Source: Candidatus Moraniibacteriota bacterium
GTDB lineage: Bacteria > Patescibacteriota > Minisyncoccia > Moranbacterales > UBA2206
DNA: 64,000 nt
Direction of reading: 5' to 3'
Assembly: GCA_030645735.1 (NCBI GenBank)
Contig: JAUSNP010000006.1
Span: forward strand, 4,095-68,094
Shown here in pieces: positions 55,920 to 64,000 of this stretch (within the stretch, counting starts at the first letter, position 1; every line of letters begins with the position of its first letter). A program made the position numbers and the translations under genes. The notes under the pieces are model-generated. The model made no database searches and was not told the DNA's origin. It saw only the letters and a list, made by a program, of their open reading frames with translations.

Positions 55920-57041
55920 ATGTTAACCGCAATTATATTCCTGCTGATTTTAGGTGTCTTGGTTTTTGTGCATGAGATGGGTCATTTCATCACGGCTAGA
56001 CGAAATGGCGTCAAAGCTGATGAGTTTGGTTTTGGTTTTCCGCCCAGAATGGCTGGCTTTGTGAAGGATGAAAAAACTGGCAAATATAAATTCGTCTGGG
56101 GCAACAAAGAAATTGAATCAAGCAACACTGTCTATTCAATCAATTGGATTCCATTGGGCGGATTTGTGCGGATCAAGGGCGCTGACACCTCCGAAACTGG
56201 TCCGGATAGTTTTGTCGAGAAAAAAGCTTGGCCAAGAATCAAGATTTTGGCGGCTGGCGTGATTATGAATTTCATTTTTGCGTGGGTTTTGATTTCATTG
56301 GCCTTGATGATTGGGGCACCAGAAGCCACAGATAGCACAGCTACTGATGTGCCAAATTCGAAAATTCAAATCACGGAAGTTGTGTCTGGTTCGCCAGCTG
56401 AATTGGCCGGGATAAAAGTAGGGGATGAAATTTTGAGAAATAATTTGCAAACCAATTTTGCGGGTGTGGCGGATGTGCAAAATTATATCAAAGCTAATCA
56501 AGGCAAAGAAATTGCTTTCAATGTTTTGCGCGGCGCAGACACAATTGCCATCAAAGTTGTGCCGAGAGAGAATGCCCCAGCCAATCAAGGCGCAATTGGC
56601 GTGGGCTTGGCGCAAACTATCATAGTGAAATATCCAATTCACCAAGCGTTGTGGAAAGGCGCAGTGGCAGTTTATGATATGACCTTGATGATCATTTTGG
56701 CATTAGGCGGAATCATTGTGAAATTGTTTGCGGGCAATGGAGTGGGCGCGGAAGTTTCTGGCCCTATCGGCATTGCGATTTTGACCAAGCAGGTGGCGAC
56801 CATGGGCTTTGTCTACATCCTGCAATTTGCTGCCATGCTCAGCATCAATCTTGGTATCATCAATGCTTTGCCAATTCCAGCTCTCGACGGTGGTCGCATC
56901 TTGTTTATTTTGATTGAAAAAATCAAAGGCAGTCCCGTCACACAAAAGACTGAACAAGCCTTTCACACCATTGGCTTTGTCTTCTTGATTCTTCTCATGA
57001 TTCTCATCACCCTGCGGGATGTGGTGAAGATTATAAAATAA
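55920..57041 (+). CDS. rseP: RIP metalloprotease RseP
   Basis: HEMGH, PDZ domain, NALPIPALDGG; ATG 55920. Confidence 0.96.
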   Translation: MLTAIIFLLILGVLVFVHEMGHFITARRNGVKADEFGFGFPPRMAGFVKDEKTGKYKFVWGNKEIESSNTVYSINWIPLGGFVRIKGADTSETGPDSFVEKKAWPRIKILAAGVIMNFIFAWVLISLALMIGAPEATDSTATDVPNSKIQITEVVSGSPAELAGIKVGDEILRNNLQTNFAGVADVQNYIKANQGKEIAFNVLRGADTIAIKVVPRENAPANQGAIGVGLAQTIIVKYPIHQALWKGAVAVYDMTLMIILALGGIIVKLFAGNGVGAEVSGPIGIAILTKQVATMGFVYILQFAAMLSINLGIINALPIPALDGGRILFILIEKIKGSPVTQKTEQAFHTIGFVFLILLMILITLRDVVKIIK

Positions 57042-57049
57042 AAATGTTT

Positions 57050-57076
57050 AAAAATCCCATTAAATGGGATTTTTTT
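57050..57076 (+). terminator. Terminator after rseP, overlapping the mreB -35
   Basis: aaaaatcccat-taa-atgggattttt; TTGACA-17-TATTAT follows. Confidence 0.75.
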
Positions 57077-57129
57077 GACAATGCGCGTCCAGTGAAGTAT
57101 TATAGAAAGAGCGTAAATTGGGCATTTTT

Positions 57130-58212
57130 ATGAAAAAAGTTAGAAATATTTTTAGAGATTGGGTTGGCAATATATTTGGCAATTTTTCCAAGGATATTGG
57201 CATTGATTTGGGCACGGCCAACACCTTGGTCTATGTCAAAGGCAAGGGCATTGTTATCAATGAACCGTCCGTAGTGGCCGTCAACACCAAGACTGGACAA
57301 GTTTTGGCGATTGGTCGGGAGGCCAAAAAAATGGTGGGCAAAACCCCCAGTCACATTGTGGCGACGCGTCCCTTGGTGGATGGTGTGGTGAGTGATTTTG
57401 AGGTGACGGAACAAATGCTCAAATATTTCATCGACAAAGTTCATCGTGACAGCTTCACTTTGTTTCCGAGGCCAAGAGTGGTGATTGGAATTCCATCGGA
57501 TGTGACGGAAGTGGAAAAGCGCGCCGTGATTGATGCCACAATGAATGCTGGAGCGCGTGAAGCCTATTTGATTGACGAACCAATGGCAGCCGCGATTGGC
57601 GCACGTTTGCCCGTGCAAGATGCAGCCGGAAATATGATTGTGGATATCGGTGGTGGGACCACTGATATTGCGGTCATCTCTTTGGGCGGTGTGGTGACTT
57701 CACGCAATTTGAGAATTGCCGGGGACGAAATGAATGAAGATATTATTCGCTATTGTCGCGATGAATTCAATCTTTTGATTGGAGAAAAAACCGCTGAAGA
57801 TGCCAAGATTGCCATTGGCAGCGCTTGTCCGCAAAAAGAAAAATTGCAAATGCCAGTGCGTGGTCGTGATTTGGTGACGGGTCTGCCAAAAGAAATCATC
57901 ATCAACGACGAGCAAGTGCGTGAAGCCTTGTCGCGTTCAATCCGCATCATCGTGAACAATGTGAAATCAACCATTGAAGAAACCCCACCAGAACTTTTGG
58001 CGGACATTATGCAACGTGGCATCATCTTGGCGGGCGGAGGCAGTTTGATTCGCGGTCTGGATAGACTGGTAGCTGACCAAACTGATATGCCAGTGCGCAT
58101 GATGGAAGATCCATTGACGGCCGTGGTGCGTGGCACAGGAATTGTTTTGGAAGACATCGAAGCCTTGAAAGACATTCTGACCGAAAATCAGCATGATAGA
58201 TCCTATACATAA
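57130..58212 (+). CDS. mreB: Rod shape-determining protein MreB
   Basis: GIDLGTANT, EPMAAAIG, DIGGGTT, LAGGG. Confidence 0.98.
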   Translation: MKKVRNIFRDWVGNIFGNFSKDIGIDLGTANTLVYVKGKGIVINEPSVVAVNTKTGQVLAIGREAKKMVGKTPSHIVATRPLVDGVVSDFEVTEQMLKYFIDKVHRDSFTLFPRPRVVIGIPSDVTEVEKRAVIDATMNAGAREAYLIDEPMAAAIGARLPVQDAAGNMIVDIGGGTTDIAVISLGGVVTSRNLRIAGDEMNEDIIRYCRDEFNLLIGEKTAEDAKIAIGSACPQKEKLQMPVRGRDLVTGLPKEIIINDEQVREALSRSIRIIVNNVKSTIEETPPELLADIMQRGIILAGGGSLIRGLDRLVADQTDMPVRMMEDPLTAVVRGTGIVLEDIEALKDILTENQHDRSYT

Positions 58213-58213
58213 A

Positions 58214-58301
58214 AAATATCAAGTTCCAAATAAATAATTTTGAATTTTGAAAATTGTAATTTGAAATTTATTTGTGATTTGTGATTTGGAATTTGTGATT
58301 T
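58214..58301. repeat. Degenerate ~7-nt repeat tract between mreB and mreC
   Basis: tttgaat tttgaaa attgtaa tttgaaa ... tttgtga tttgtga tttggaa tttgtga. Confidence 0.65.
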
Positions 58302-58310
58302 AATCGTTTT

Positions 58311-59117
58311 ATGTCTAACAAATATCTTTCACCAAAATCAATAAAATTTATTGCAGTGACGGCTGTTTGTTTCGGCTTGGTTTTTTTGAATCCCAAAGGA
58401 TTTTTTAATCCAGTCAGAATGGTGTTTCTCGAAATTGCCTATCCTTTTCAAAAAACTTTTTATATCCTCGGGCAAAACACGGATGAATTTTTTTCTTTTT
58501 TTGGTTCGATTGGCTCAATGCGGACTGAGAATGAAAAGTTGATTCGAGAAAACAACTTGCTGGTTTCGGAAGTCGCTTCTTTGCAAGAAATGAAAAAAGA
58601 AAATGAATCTTTGCGTGAGCAACTCAATTTAGTGCCACGAGATAAGTTTGATTTGGAGCCGAGTTTTGTGATTGGCCAAGATCCGCAAAATTTGGGCAGT
58701 TGGTTGATGATTGGCAAAGGCAGTTCAGATGGCATCAGAGCTGGCATGTCAGTCATCGTCTCGGAAGGCATCTTGATTGGAAAAATAGAGGAGGTTTATC
58801 CAGATAGCTCACGGGTGGTTTTGCTAACTGATTCCAGCAGTGTAATCAACGCTAATGACCTTGAAACGGGCGCCAGAGGGCTCATAAAAGGCACTTATGG
58901 CTTGGGTATGGTTTTAGATATGGTGGCGCAGGTAGACTCCCTGAATGAAGGCGACACAATCATTACCTCTGGTTTGGGCGGGGAAGTTCCCAAAGGGCTT
59001 TTGATTGGCAAGATTCAAGAAATTAGAATGTCTGCTGACAAGCTTTTTCAACAAGCCATTGTTATCCCCAGAGTTAGATATCAAAAATTGGATATAGTTT
59101 TTGTAGTTAAGAAATAA
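58311..59117 (+). CDS. mreC: Rod shape-determining protein MreC
   Basis: Coiled coil, GKGSSDGI, GDTIITSGLGG..PKG. Confidence 0.96.
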   Translation: MSNKYLSPKSIKFIAVTAVCFGLVFLNPKGFFNPVRMVFLEIAYPFQKTFYILGQNTDEFFSFFGSIGSMRTENEKLIRENNLLVSEVASLQEMKKENESLREQLNLVPRDKFDLEPSFVIGQDPQNLGSWLMIGKGSSDGIRAGMSVIVSEGILIGKIEEVYPDSSRVVLLTDSSSVINANDLETGARGLIKGTYGLGMVLDMVAQVDSLNEGDTIITSGLGGEVPKGLLIGKIQEIRMSADKLFQQAIVIPRVRYQKLDIVFVVKK

Positions 59118-59143
59118 GTGTTAGCAATAGTTTTATATAACAA

Positions 59144-59665
59144 ATGCAAAATATTTTTGTTGGGATAATTATTTTTTTTGGCGTCATTTTGCAAACTTCG
59201 TTTTTGCCAAACTTTTTTCCAACTGGCCTGATTCCAGATGTGGTGCTGGTTATGATTATTATTTGGACGGCCAAAGCGGATTTCAATGCAATCTGGGTCA
59301 GGGCGATTTTTGCCGGCTTGATGTTTGATTTGTTGTCTTTTTGGCCAATTGGTATCAATATTTTTTCATTTGTGGCTGTGGCCTTTGCGACCAATTCTTT
59401 GTGCAAGAGATTTTTAGTTCCGCAATCTGTCAGAAGGTTTTTGATTATTGGCATTGCAGTTGTTGTCGGAACAATGATTAATCAGTTAATCGTAGCAATC
59501 GGTATTAATTTACAAAATTTTTCTTGGAATAATTTGGAAATATTCAATCAAGCACTGATCCTAAAGCCAATATGCAATCTGATTATCCTTGCTATTTTAT
59601 ATTGGCCATTGGAAAAAATTGAGGAAGTTTTTAGACACCAAAATAAAATGATAATAAAAAGATAA
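59144..59665 (+). CDS. mreD: Rod shape-determining protein MreD
   Basis: PDVVLV, AGLMFDLLS; synteny. Confidence 0.9.
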   Translation: MQNIFVGIIIFFGVILQTSFLPNFFPTGLIPDVVLVMIIIWTAKADFNAIWVRAIFAGLMFDLLSFWPIGINIFSFVAVAFATNSLCKRFLVPQSVRRFLIIGIAVVVGTMINQLIVAIGINLQNFSWNNLEIFNQALILKPICNLIILAILYWPLEKIEEVFRHQNKMIIKR

Positions 59666-61548
59666 TGTTTGAACGCTATTTCAACAAAAGAAGAATGTCG
59701 CGGGGAATGGAAATTGAAGATTCCATTATGACGGTGACGCAAAAAGAAAAGGCGATTATGGAAACGCCATTCAAAAGACATGGCTTGGATATGGTGTGGT
59801 TTATCATTGTTTTTTTTCTGGGAATTTTCGTGGCGCGCATTGCCTATTTGGATATTATCAAGGGCAGTTATTATTCTGACATCTCAAAGGGCAATCGAAT
59901 CCGTTCAATCACGGTCAAAGCTCCGCGTGGAAAAATTATAGATAGATCTGGACAAGTTTTGGCGAATAACACCCCCAGTATGGATGCCATTATTATTCCT
60001 AATGATTTGCCGACGGAAAATGACAAACGGCAAGCAGTTGTGGATACGGTTGCAAGTATATTGGGAGCGGAAACAGGTGAGATCAAAGCTGCTTTTGAGA
60101 TTAAAAATAAAAATTCACTAGATCCAATTTTGTTGAAGGAAAACATTACGCGTGAACAAGCCTTGATTCTGGCTGGCAAAGCCAAAGAATTGCCAGGGGT
60201 TTTGGTGGAAAACACCGCCATCAGAAATTATGAAGACAGCAATATTTTTTCTTCGGTAATCGGCTATGACGGCAAAATAACCAAAGATGAAATGGCAAAA
60301 AATCCAAATTATGTCATGACGGATTATATTGGAAAAGCGGCTTTGGAAAAACAATATGAAAAAGAATTGCGCGGAATTGCTGGCGCCAAACAAGTGGAAG
60401 TTGATTCCTTGGGCAATGTGAAAAAAAATCTGGGCATCATCAATCCGCAGGCAGGTTCTGATTTGATTTTGAACATTGACGCTGGCTTGCAGAAGAAGCT
60501 CTATGACAGCATGGTGAGCGTGTTGGAAAAAACTGGCACAAAAACGGCGGCCGCTGTGGCGATTGATCCGCGCGATGGTGGCGTGTTGGCGATGGTGAAT
60601 TTCCCAAATTATGACAACAATCTTTTTGCGCGCGGAATATCTAATGCGGAATACCAAGAAATTATTAGCAACAAGGACCTCCCGTTGTTTAATCGCGTAG
60701 TGAATGGTGAGTATCCGCCAGGATCAACATTGAAAATGGCAGTGGCTTCAGCTGCTCTTTCAGAGGGCACAATCACTCCAGAAACGATTGTCAATGGAAT
60801 GGGAGGCAGTATTAATATTGGCGGGTTTAGATTCGGTGATTGGAAGACGCATGGACCAAGTGATGTGCGCACGGCGATTGCTGAGAGTAATGACATTTTT
60901 TTCTATTCAATCGGCGGTGGCTATGCCAATATCCAAGGGCTTGGCATGAGTCGTATGAAAAAATATGAAAACCTTTTTGGCTTTGGCAGTCCGACGGGCA
61001 TCGATTTGCCAATTGAAGCCTCAGGTTTTATTCCAGACGAACAATGGAAACTGAATACACTAAAAGAAAAATGGTATATCGGCAATTCATATCATGCTTC
61101 CATTGGGCAAGGTTTCGTGACAACTACACCTCTGCAAATAGCTAATTATACTGCGGCTCTAGCGAATGGCGGAACACTTTTCAAACCAAGAATTGTCAAT
61201 CAGATCAAAACTAATGATGGAAAAGTTGTAGGCAAAAGTCCAGAAATAATTCGCAAAAATTTTATTTCAGATTCAGTGATGCAAGTGGTGCGTGAAGGCA
61301 TGCGGAAAACTGTGACTGATGGCACAGCGCAACCACTCAAAACCTTGTCGGTGGAAGTGGCCGGAAAAACTGGAACGGCTCAGTTCGGCAATGAGGACAA
61401 AACTCATGGTTGGTTTGTTTCTTTTGCGCCCTATGACAATCCAACTATTGCCATGGTGATTTTGGCGGAAGGTGGTGGCGATGGACATTCTTCAGGTGTG
61501 CCAGTGACTAAAGAAGTTTATGACTATTATTTCAATCGGAACAAATAG
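59665..61548 (+). CDS. mrdA: Penicillin-binding protein 2
   Basis: APRGKIIDR, PGSTLK (SxxK), SND, KTGTAQ. Confidence 0.96.
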   Translation: MFERYFNKRRMSRGMEIEDSIMTVTQKEKAIMETPFKRHGLDMVWFIIVFFLGIFVARIAYLDIIKGSYYSDISKGNRIRSITVKAPRGKIIDRSGQVLANNTPSMDAIIIPNDLPTENDKRQAVVDTVASILGAETGEIKAAFEIKNKNSLDPILLKENITREQALILAGKAKELPGVLVENTAIRNYEDSNIFSSVIGYDGKITKDEMAKNPNYVMTDYIGKAALEKQYEKELRGIAGAKQVEVDSLGNVKKNLGIINPQAGSDLILNIDAGLQKKLYDSMVSVLEKTGTKTAAAVAIDPRDGGVLAMVNFPNYDNNLFARGISNAEYQEIISNKDLPLFNRVVNGEYPPGSTLKMAVASAALSEGTITPETIVNGMGGSINIGGFRFGDWKTHGPSDVRTAIAESNDIFFYSIGGGYANIQGLGMSRMKKYENLFGFGSPTGIDLPIEASGFIPDEQWKLNTLKEKWYIGNSYHASIGQGFVTTTPLQIANYTAALANGGTLFKPRIVNQIKTNDGKVVGKSPEIIRKNFISDSVMQVVREGMRKTVTDGTAQPLKTLSVEVAGKTGTAQFGNEDKTHGWFVSFAPYDNPTIAMVILAEGGGDGHSSGVPVTKEVYDYYFNRNK

Positions 61549-61573
61549 GCTGAAAAAGCTCAATTTTTTGCGC

Positions 61574-61601
61574 TTGACAGATTCTAAAAAACTGTTACAA
61601 T
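61574..61601 (+). promoter_or_regulatory. Sigma70 promoter of the candidate ncRNA
   Basis: TTGACA-16-(TGt)TACAAT. Confidence 0.7.
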
Positions 61602-61607
61602 GGTTTA

Positions 61608-61806
61608 GTTAAACTTAATATAGTTTAGTAACGCAACCGCCTCGGGAGATGAATTCCTAAGGGGATTCTGAGGGAAAAGGTGGGTCGCGGTTGTACTAGA
61701 CCTGTTTGAGCTTCCGTATACGGGGGAGGTGTGCGGATTTACGCTCACAGGTCGGCGAGAGCCACTTCCAGAGGAAGTATTACTCCGGAAGTGGCTCAGT
61801 TTTTTT
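61608..61806 (+). ncRNA. Candidate ~200-nt structured small RNA
   Basis: GC-rich island with its own promoter, two stems and terminator gagccacttcc/ggaagtggctc plus T run; no sense ORF. Confidence 0.6.
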
Positions 61807-61831
61807 ATTAAGCCCATGTTAATATCCGAGG

Positions 61832-61859
61832 TTGACACTCTTGCAAGATATGTTACAAT
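61832..61859 (+). promoter_or_regulatory. Sigma70 promoter of greA
   Basis: TTGACA-16-(TGt)TACAAT. Confidence 0.7.
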
Positions 61860-61947
61860 TGGCCTTGTGAATTATATATGGAATATTTTCACTGAATTAT
61901 AATCAATAATCATTACTGTCATTAAGACAGTATTTTTTAAAAAAACA

Positions 61948-62406
61948 ATGATAACAAGACTCGTAACTGAAGAAGGTTTGCAGAAAATCAAGGAAGAATT
62001 GGAAAACAGAAAAACCACTGTTCGTCAAAACATTGCCAATTCAATCAAGGAAGCCAAAGAACAAGGCGATCTTTCTGAGAATGCTGAATATAGTGAGGCT
62101 AAGAGCCAACAAGCGGAAAATGAAGCTCGCGTAGCTGAACTTGAATTCATGCTCAAGGAAGTGACTGTAGTGGCTCACAATGCGAAAACTGATGCTGTGC
62201 AGATGGGCTCTTCAGTGATTGTGAACTTCAATGGTTCAAAAATGGAATTCAAAATCGTAGGCTCCAACGAAGCTAGTCCAGCTGAAATGAAAATCTCCAA
62301 CGAATCTCCATTGGGCAAAGGATTCATTGGCAAGAAAAAAGGCGACAAGGTTGAAATCGACACGCCGAATGGCAAGATGAAATATGAGATTCTGGATGTA
62401 AAATAG
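61948..62406 (+). CDS. greA: Transcription elongation factor GreA
   Basis: GDLSENAEY, ISNESPLGK. Confidence 0.97.
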   Translation: MITRLVTEEGLQKIKEELENRKTTVRQNIANSIKEAKEQGDLSENAEYSEAKSQQAENEARVAELEFMLKEVTVVAHNAKTDAVQMGSSVIVNFNGSKMEFKIVGSNEASPAEMKISNESPLGKGFIGKKKGDKVEIDTPNGKMKYEILDVK

Positions 62407-62565
62407 TTTTCGAAGTCAAAAGTCTATCAAGTTCATAAAGTCTGTAAAGCCTAGTGTTTTACAGACTTTTTGTTTTTTCAAGATTTGCTTGTTTGAGCGG
62501 AAAAATATATAATAAAAACAATACTTTATGGACTTTTAACTTTTAACTTTATAGACTCTAAAATT

Positions 62566-64000
62566 ATGCGAGAAGATATTTTGCAGACCAAGTTGGACAA
62601 ATTGAACAATATTCGTGAATTTGGCATGGAGGCCTATCCGGAAAAAACTCAGCGTGACATGAAAAATGTTGAGGCGCTGGATGGTTTTGATGGGCTACAG
62701 GAAAAAGAACTGACATTGGTTGGACGCGTGCGATCTTTCCGTCCGATGGGCGGTTCGACTTTTGCGCACATCGAGGACGAGTCTGGCAAGATTCAATTGT
62801 TTTTGAACAAGAATAATATTGACGAAGCAAAATATAAATTGTTTGCCAAAAATGTTGAGTTGGGAGATTTCGTGCAAGTGACTGGCAAGCTTTTCAAAAC
62901 CAAGCAAGAAGAAAAAACTTTGGAGGTGCATGATTGGACAATGCTGTCGAAAAATATGCGTCCGATTCCCACTGAGCATTTCGGCATCAAAGATGAAGAG
63001 GAATTGTTGCGCAAAAGATATTTGGATTTGTTGGCCAATCCGGAAACTCGTGAAATATTTCGTAAGAAAAATGCTTTCTGGCAGACGGTGCGCAAAAACT
63101 TAGTGGACGCAGAATTTTTGGAAGTGCAAACTTCAGTTTTTGAACACACCCCAGGTGGAGCTGATGCCGAACCATTCATCACACATCACAATTCCTTGGA
63201 TCAAGATTTCTTTTTGCGCATCTCTTTGGAGTTGCCTTTGAAGAGACTTTTGGTAGGAGGATATGAGCGAGTTTTTGAAATCGGTCGCGTTTTTCGCAAT
63301 GAAGGCATGGATCGCGATCATTTGCAGGAATTTGATCACATGGAATTTTATTGGGCCTATTCAGACATGGAAAAGGGCATGAAGTTTGCGCAAAAAATGT
63401 TTCAAGAAATTGCCCAAAATGTTTTGGGTGGTTTTGTGCATGAATATGAGGGTGAGCAAATTGATTGGAGCGCGAAGTTTCCAGTTGTAGATTATTTCAC
63501 TGAGTTCAAAAAAGAAACCGGGCTTGATTTGTCTGACGCCAATTTGTCAGTAGAAACTTTGAAAGCCAAGGCTGATGAACTTGGCATCAAATATGAAGCG
63601 GGATATAGTAAGGGCAGAATGATTGACACGATCTACAAAAAAACGGTGCGACAAAAATTGATCCAGCCATGTTTCTTGGTGGGACATCCTTTGGAAATTT
63701 CGCCTCTAGCCAAAACTGATCCAGCAAGTCCAATGAAGGTTTTGCGTTTCCAAATCGTGGCCGGACGCAGTGAACTCTGCAATGCTTTTGGAGAATTGAA
63801 TGATCCGATTGATCAGAAGAATCGTTTTGAACAACAAATGAAAATGCGCGAAGCAGGGGACACGGAAGCGCAAATGATCGATGAGGATTTTGTGGAAGCC
63901 CTTGAAATCGGCATGCCGCCAGCCTTTGGTTTCGGCATGAGTGAGCGCGTCTTCGCTTTCATGATGAACAAATCCATCCGCGAAACCGTGATTTTCCCAG
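62566..64000 (+). CDS. lysS: Lysine--tRNA ligase, class II (3'-partial; absent from the ORF track)
   Basis: Manual translation MREDILQ...GGSTFAHIED, GGADAEPFITHHN, FRNEGMD, GMPPAFGFGMSER; runs off the window. Confidence 0.97.
   Translation, partial: MREDILQTKLDKLNNIREFGMEAYPEKTQRDMKNVEALDGFDGLQEKELTLVGRVRSFRPMGGSTFAHIEDESGKIQLFLNKNNIDEAKYKLFAKNVELGDFVQVTGKLFKTKQEEKTLEVHDWTMLSKNMRPIPTEHFGIKDEEELLRKRYLDLLANPETREIFRKKNAFWQTVRKNLVDAEFLEVQTSVFEHTPGGADAEPFITHHNSLDQDFFLRISLELPLKRLLVGGYERVFEIGRVFRNEGMDRDHLQEFDHMEFYWAYSDMEKGMKFAQKMFQEIAQNVLGGFVHEYEGEQIDWSAKFPVVDYFTEFKKETGLDLSDANLSVETLKAKADELGIKYEAGYSKGRMIDTIYKKTVRQKLIQPCFLVGHPLEISPLAKTDPASPMKVLRFQIVAGRSELCNAFGELNDPIDQKNRFEQQMKMREAGDTEAQMIDEDFVEALEIGMPPAFGFGMSERVFAFMMNKSIRETVIFP

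Noticed and set aside
61676-61692. T-box leader for lysS (aaggtgggtcgcg)
   Set aside because: Imperfect T-box spacing, no specifier stem recognised, and greA with its own promoter lies between it and lysS.
61605-61838. 77-aa minus-strand ORF
   Set aside because: Overlaps a + strand promoter/terminator unit and has a low-complexity, non-protein-like composition.
1-64000. Alternative genetic code (TGA=Gly, as in Gracilibacteria/Absconditabacteria)
   Set aside because: Core genes are full length under code 11 with no in-frame TGA interruptions.

Overview
Chromosomal window from a low-GC bacterium whose gene content and SD-poor leaders suggest Patescibacteria/CPR (Parcubacteria-like; inferred, not searched), using genetic code 11. 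Left (1-17.3 kb): hrcA(partial), a NUDIX-grpE fusion and dnaK, then about 11 kb of small stand-alone genes punctuated by a 4-5 copy direct repeat, then CIRCE-controlled dnaJ. Middle (17.4-53.0 kb): a ~35.6-kb composite integrative element at the 3' end of tRNA-Lys(UUU). It encodes two large serine recombinases, a P-loop replication-type protein, XRE/RuvC-like/RadC/DUF3768 genes and two VirD4-like ATPases. Its cargo includes DprA+PRTase (ShosTA-like), a complete His-Xaa-Ser radical SAM cluster, an NdpA/YejK-like + membrane gene pair, an M23-CARDB hydrolase and Gabija. The att sites can be reconstructed from the sequence, and the first recombinase is predicted to swap its C-terminus on excision. 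Right (53-64 kb): EamA, a BNR lipoprotein, frr, rseP, mreBCD, mrdA, a candidate ~200-nt structured ncRNA, greA and lysS (partial). All family calls come from motifs read by eye; no database searches were run.
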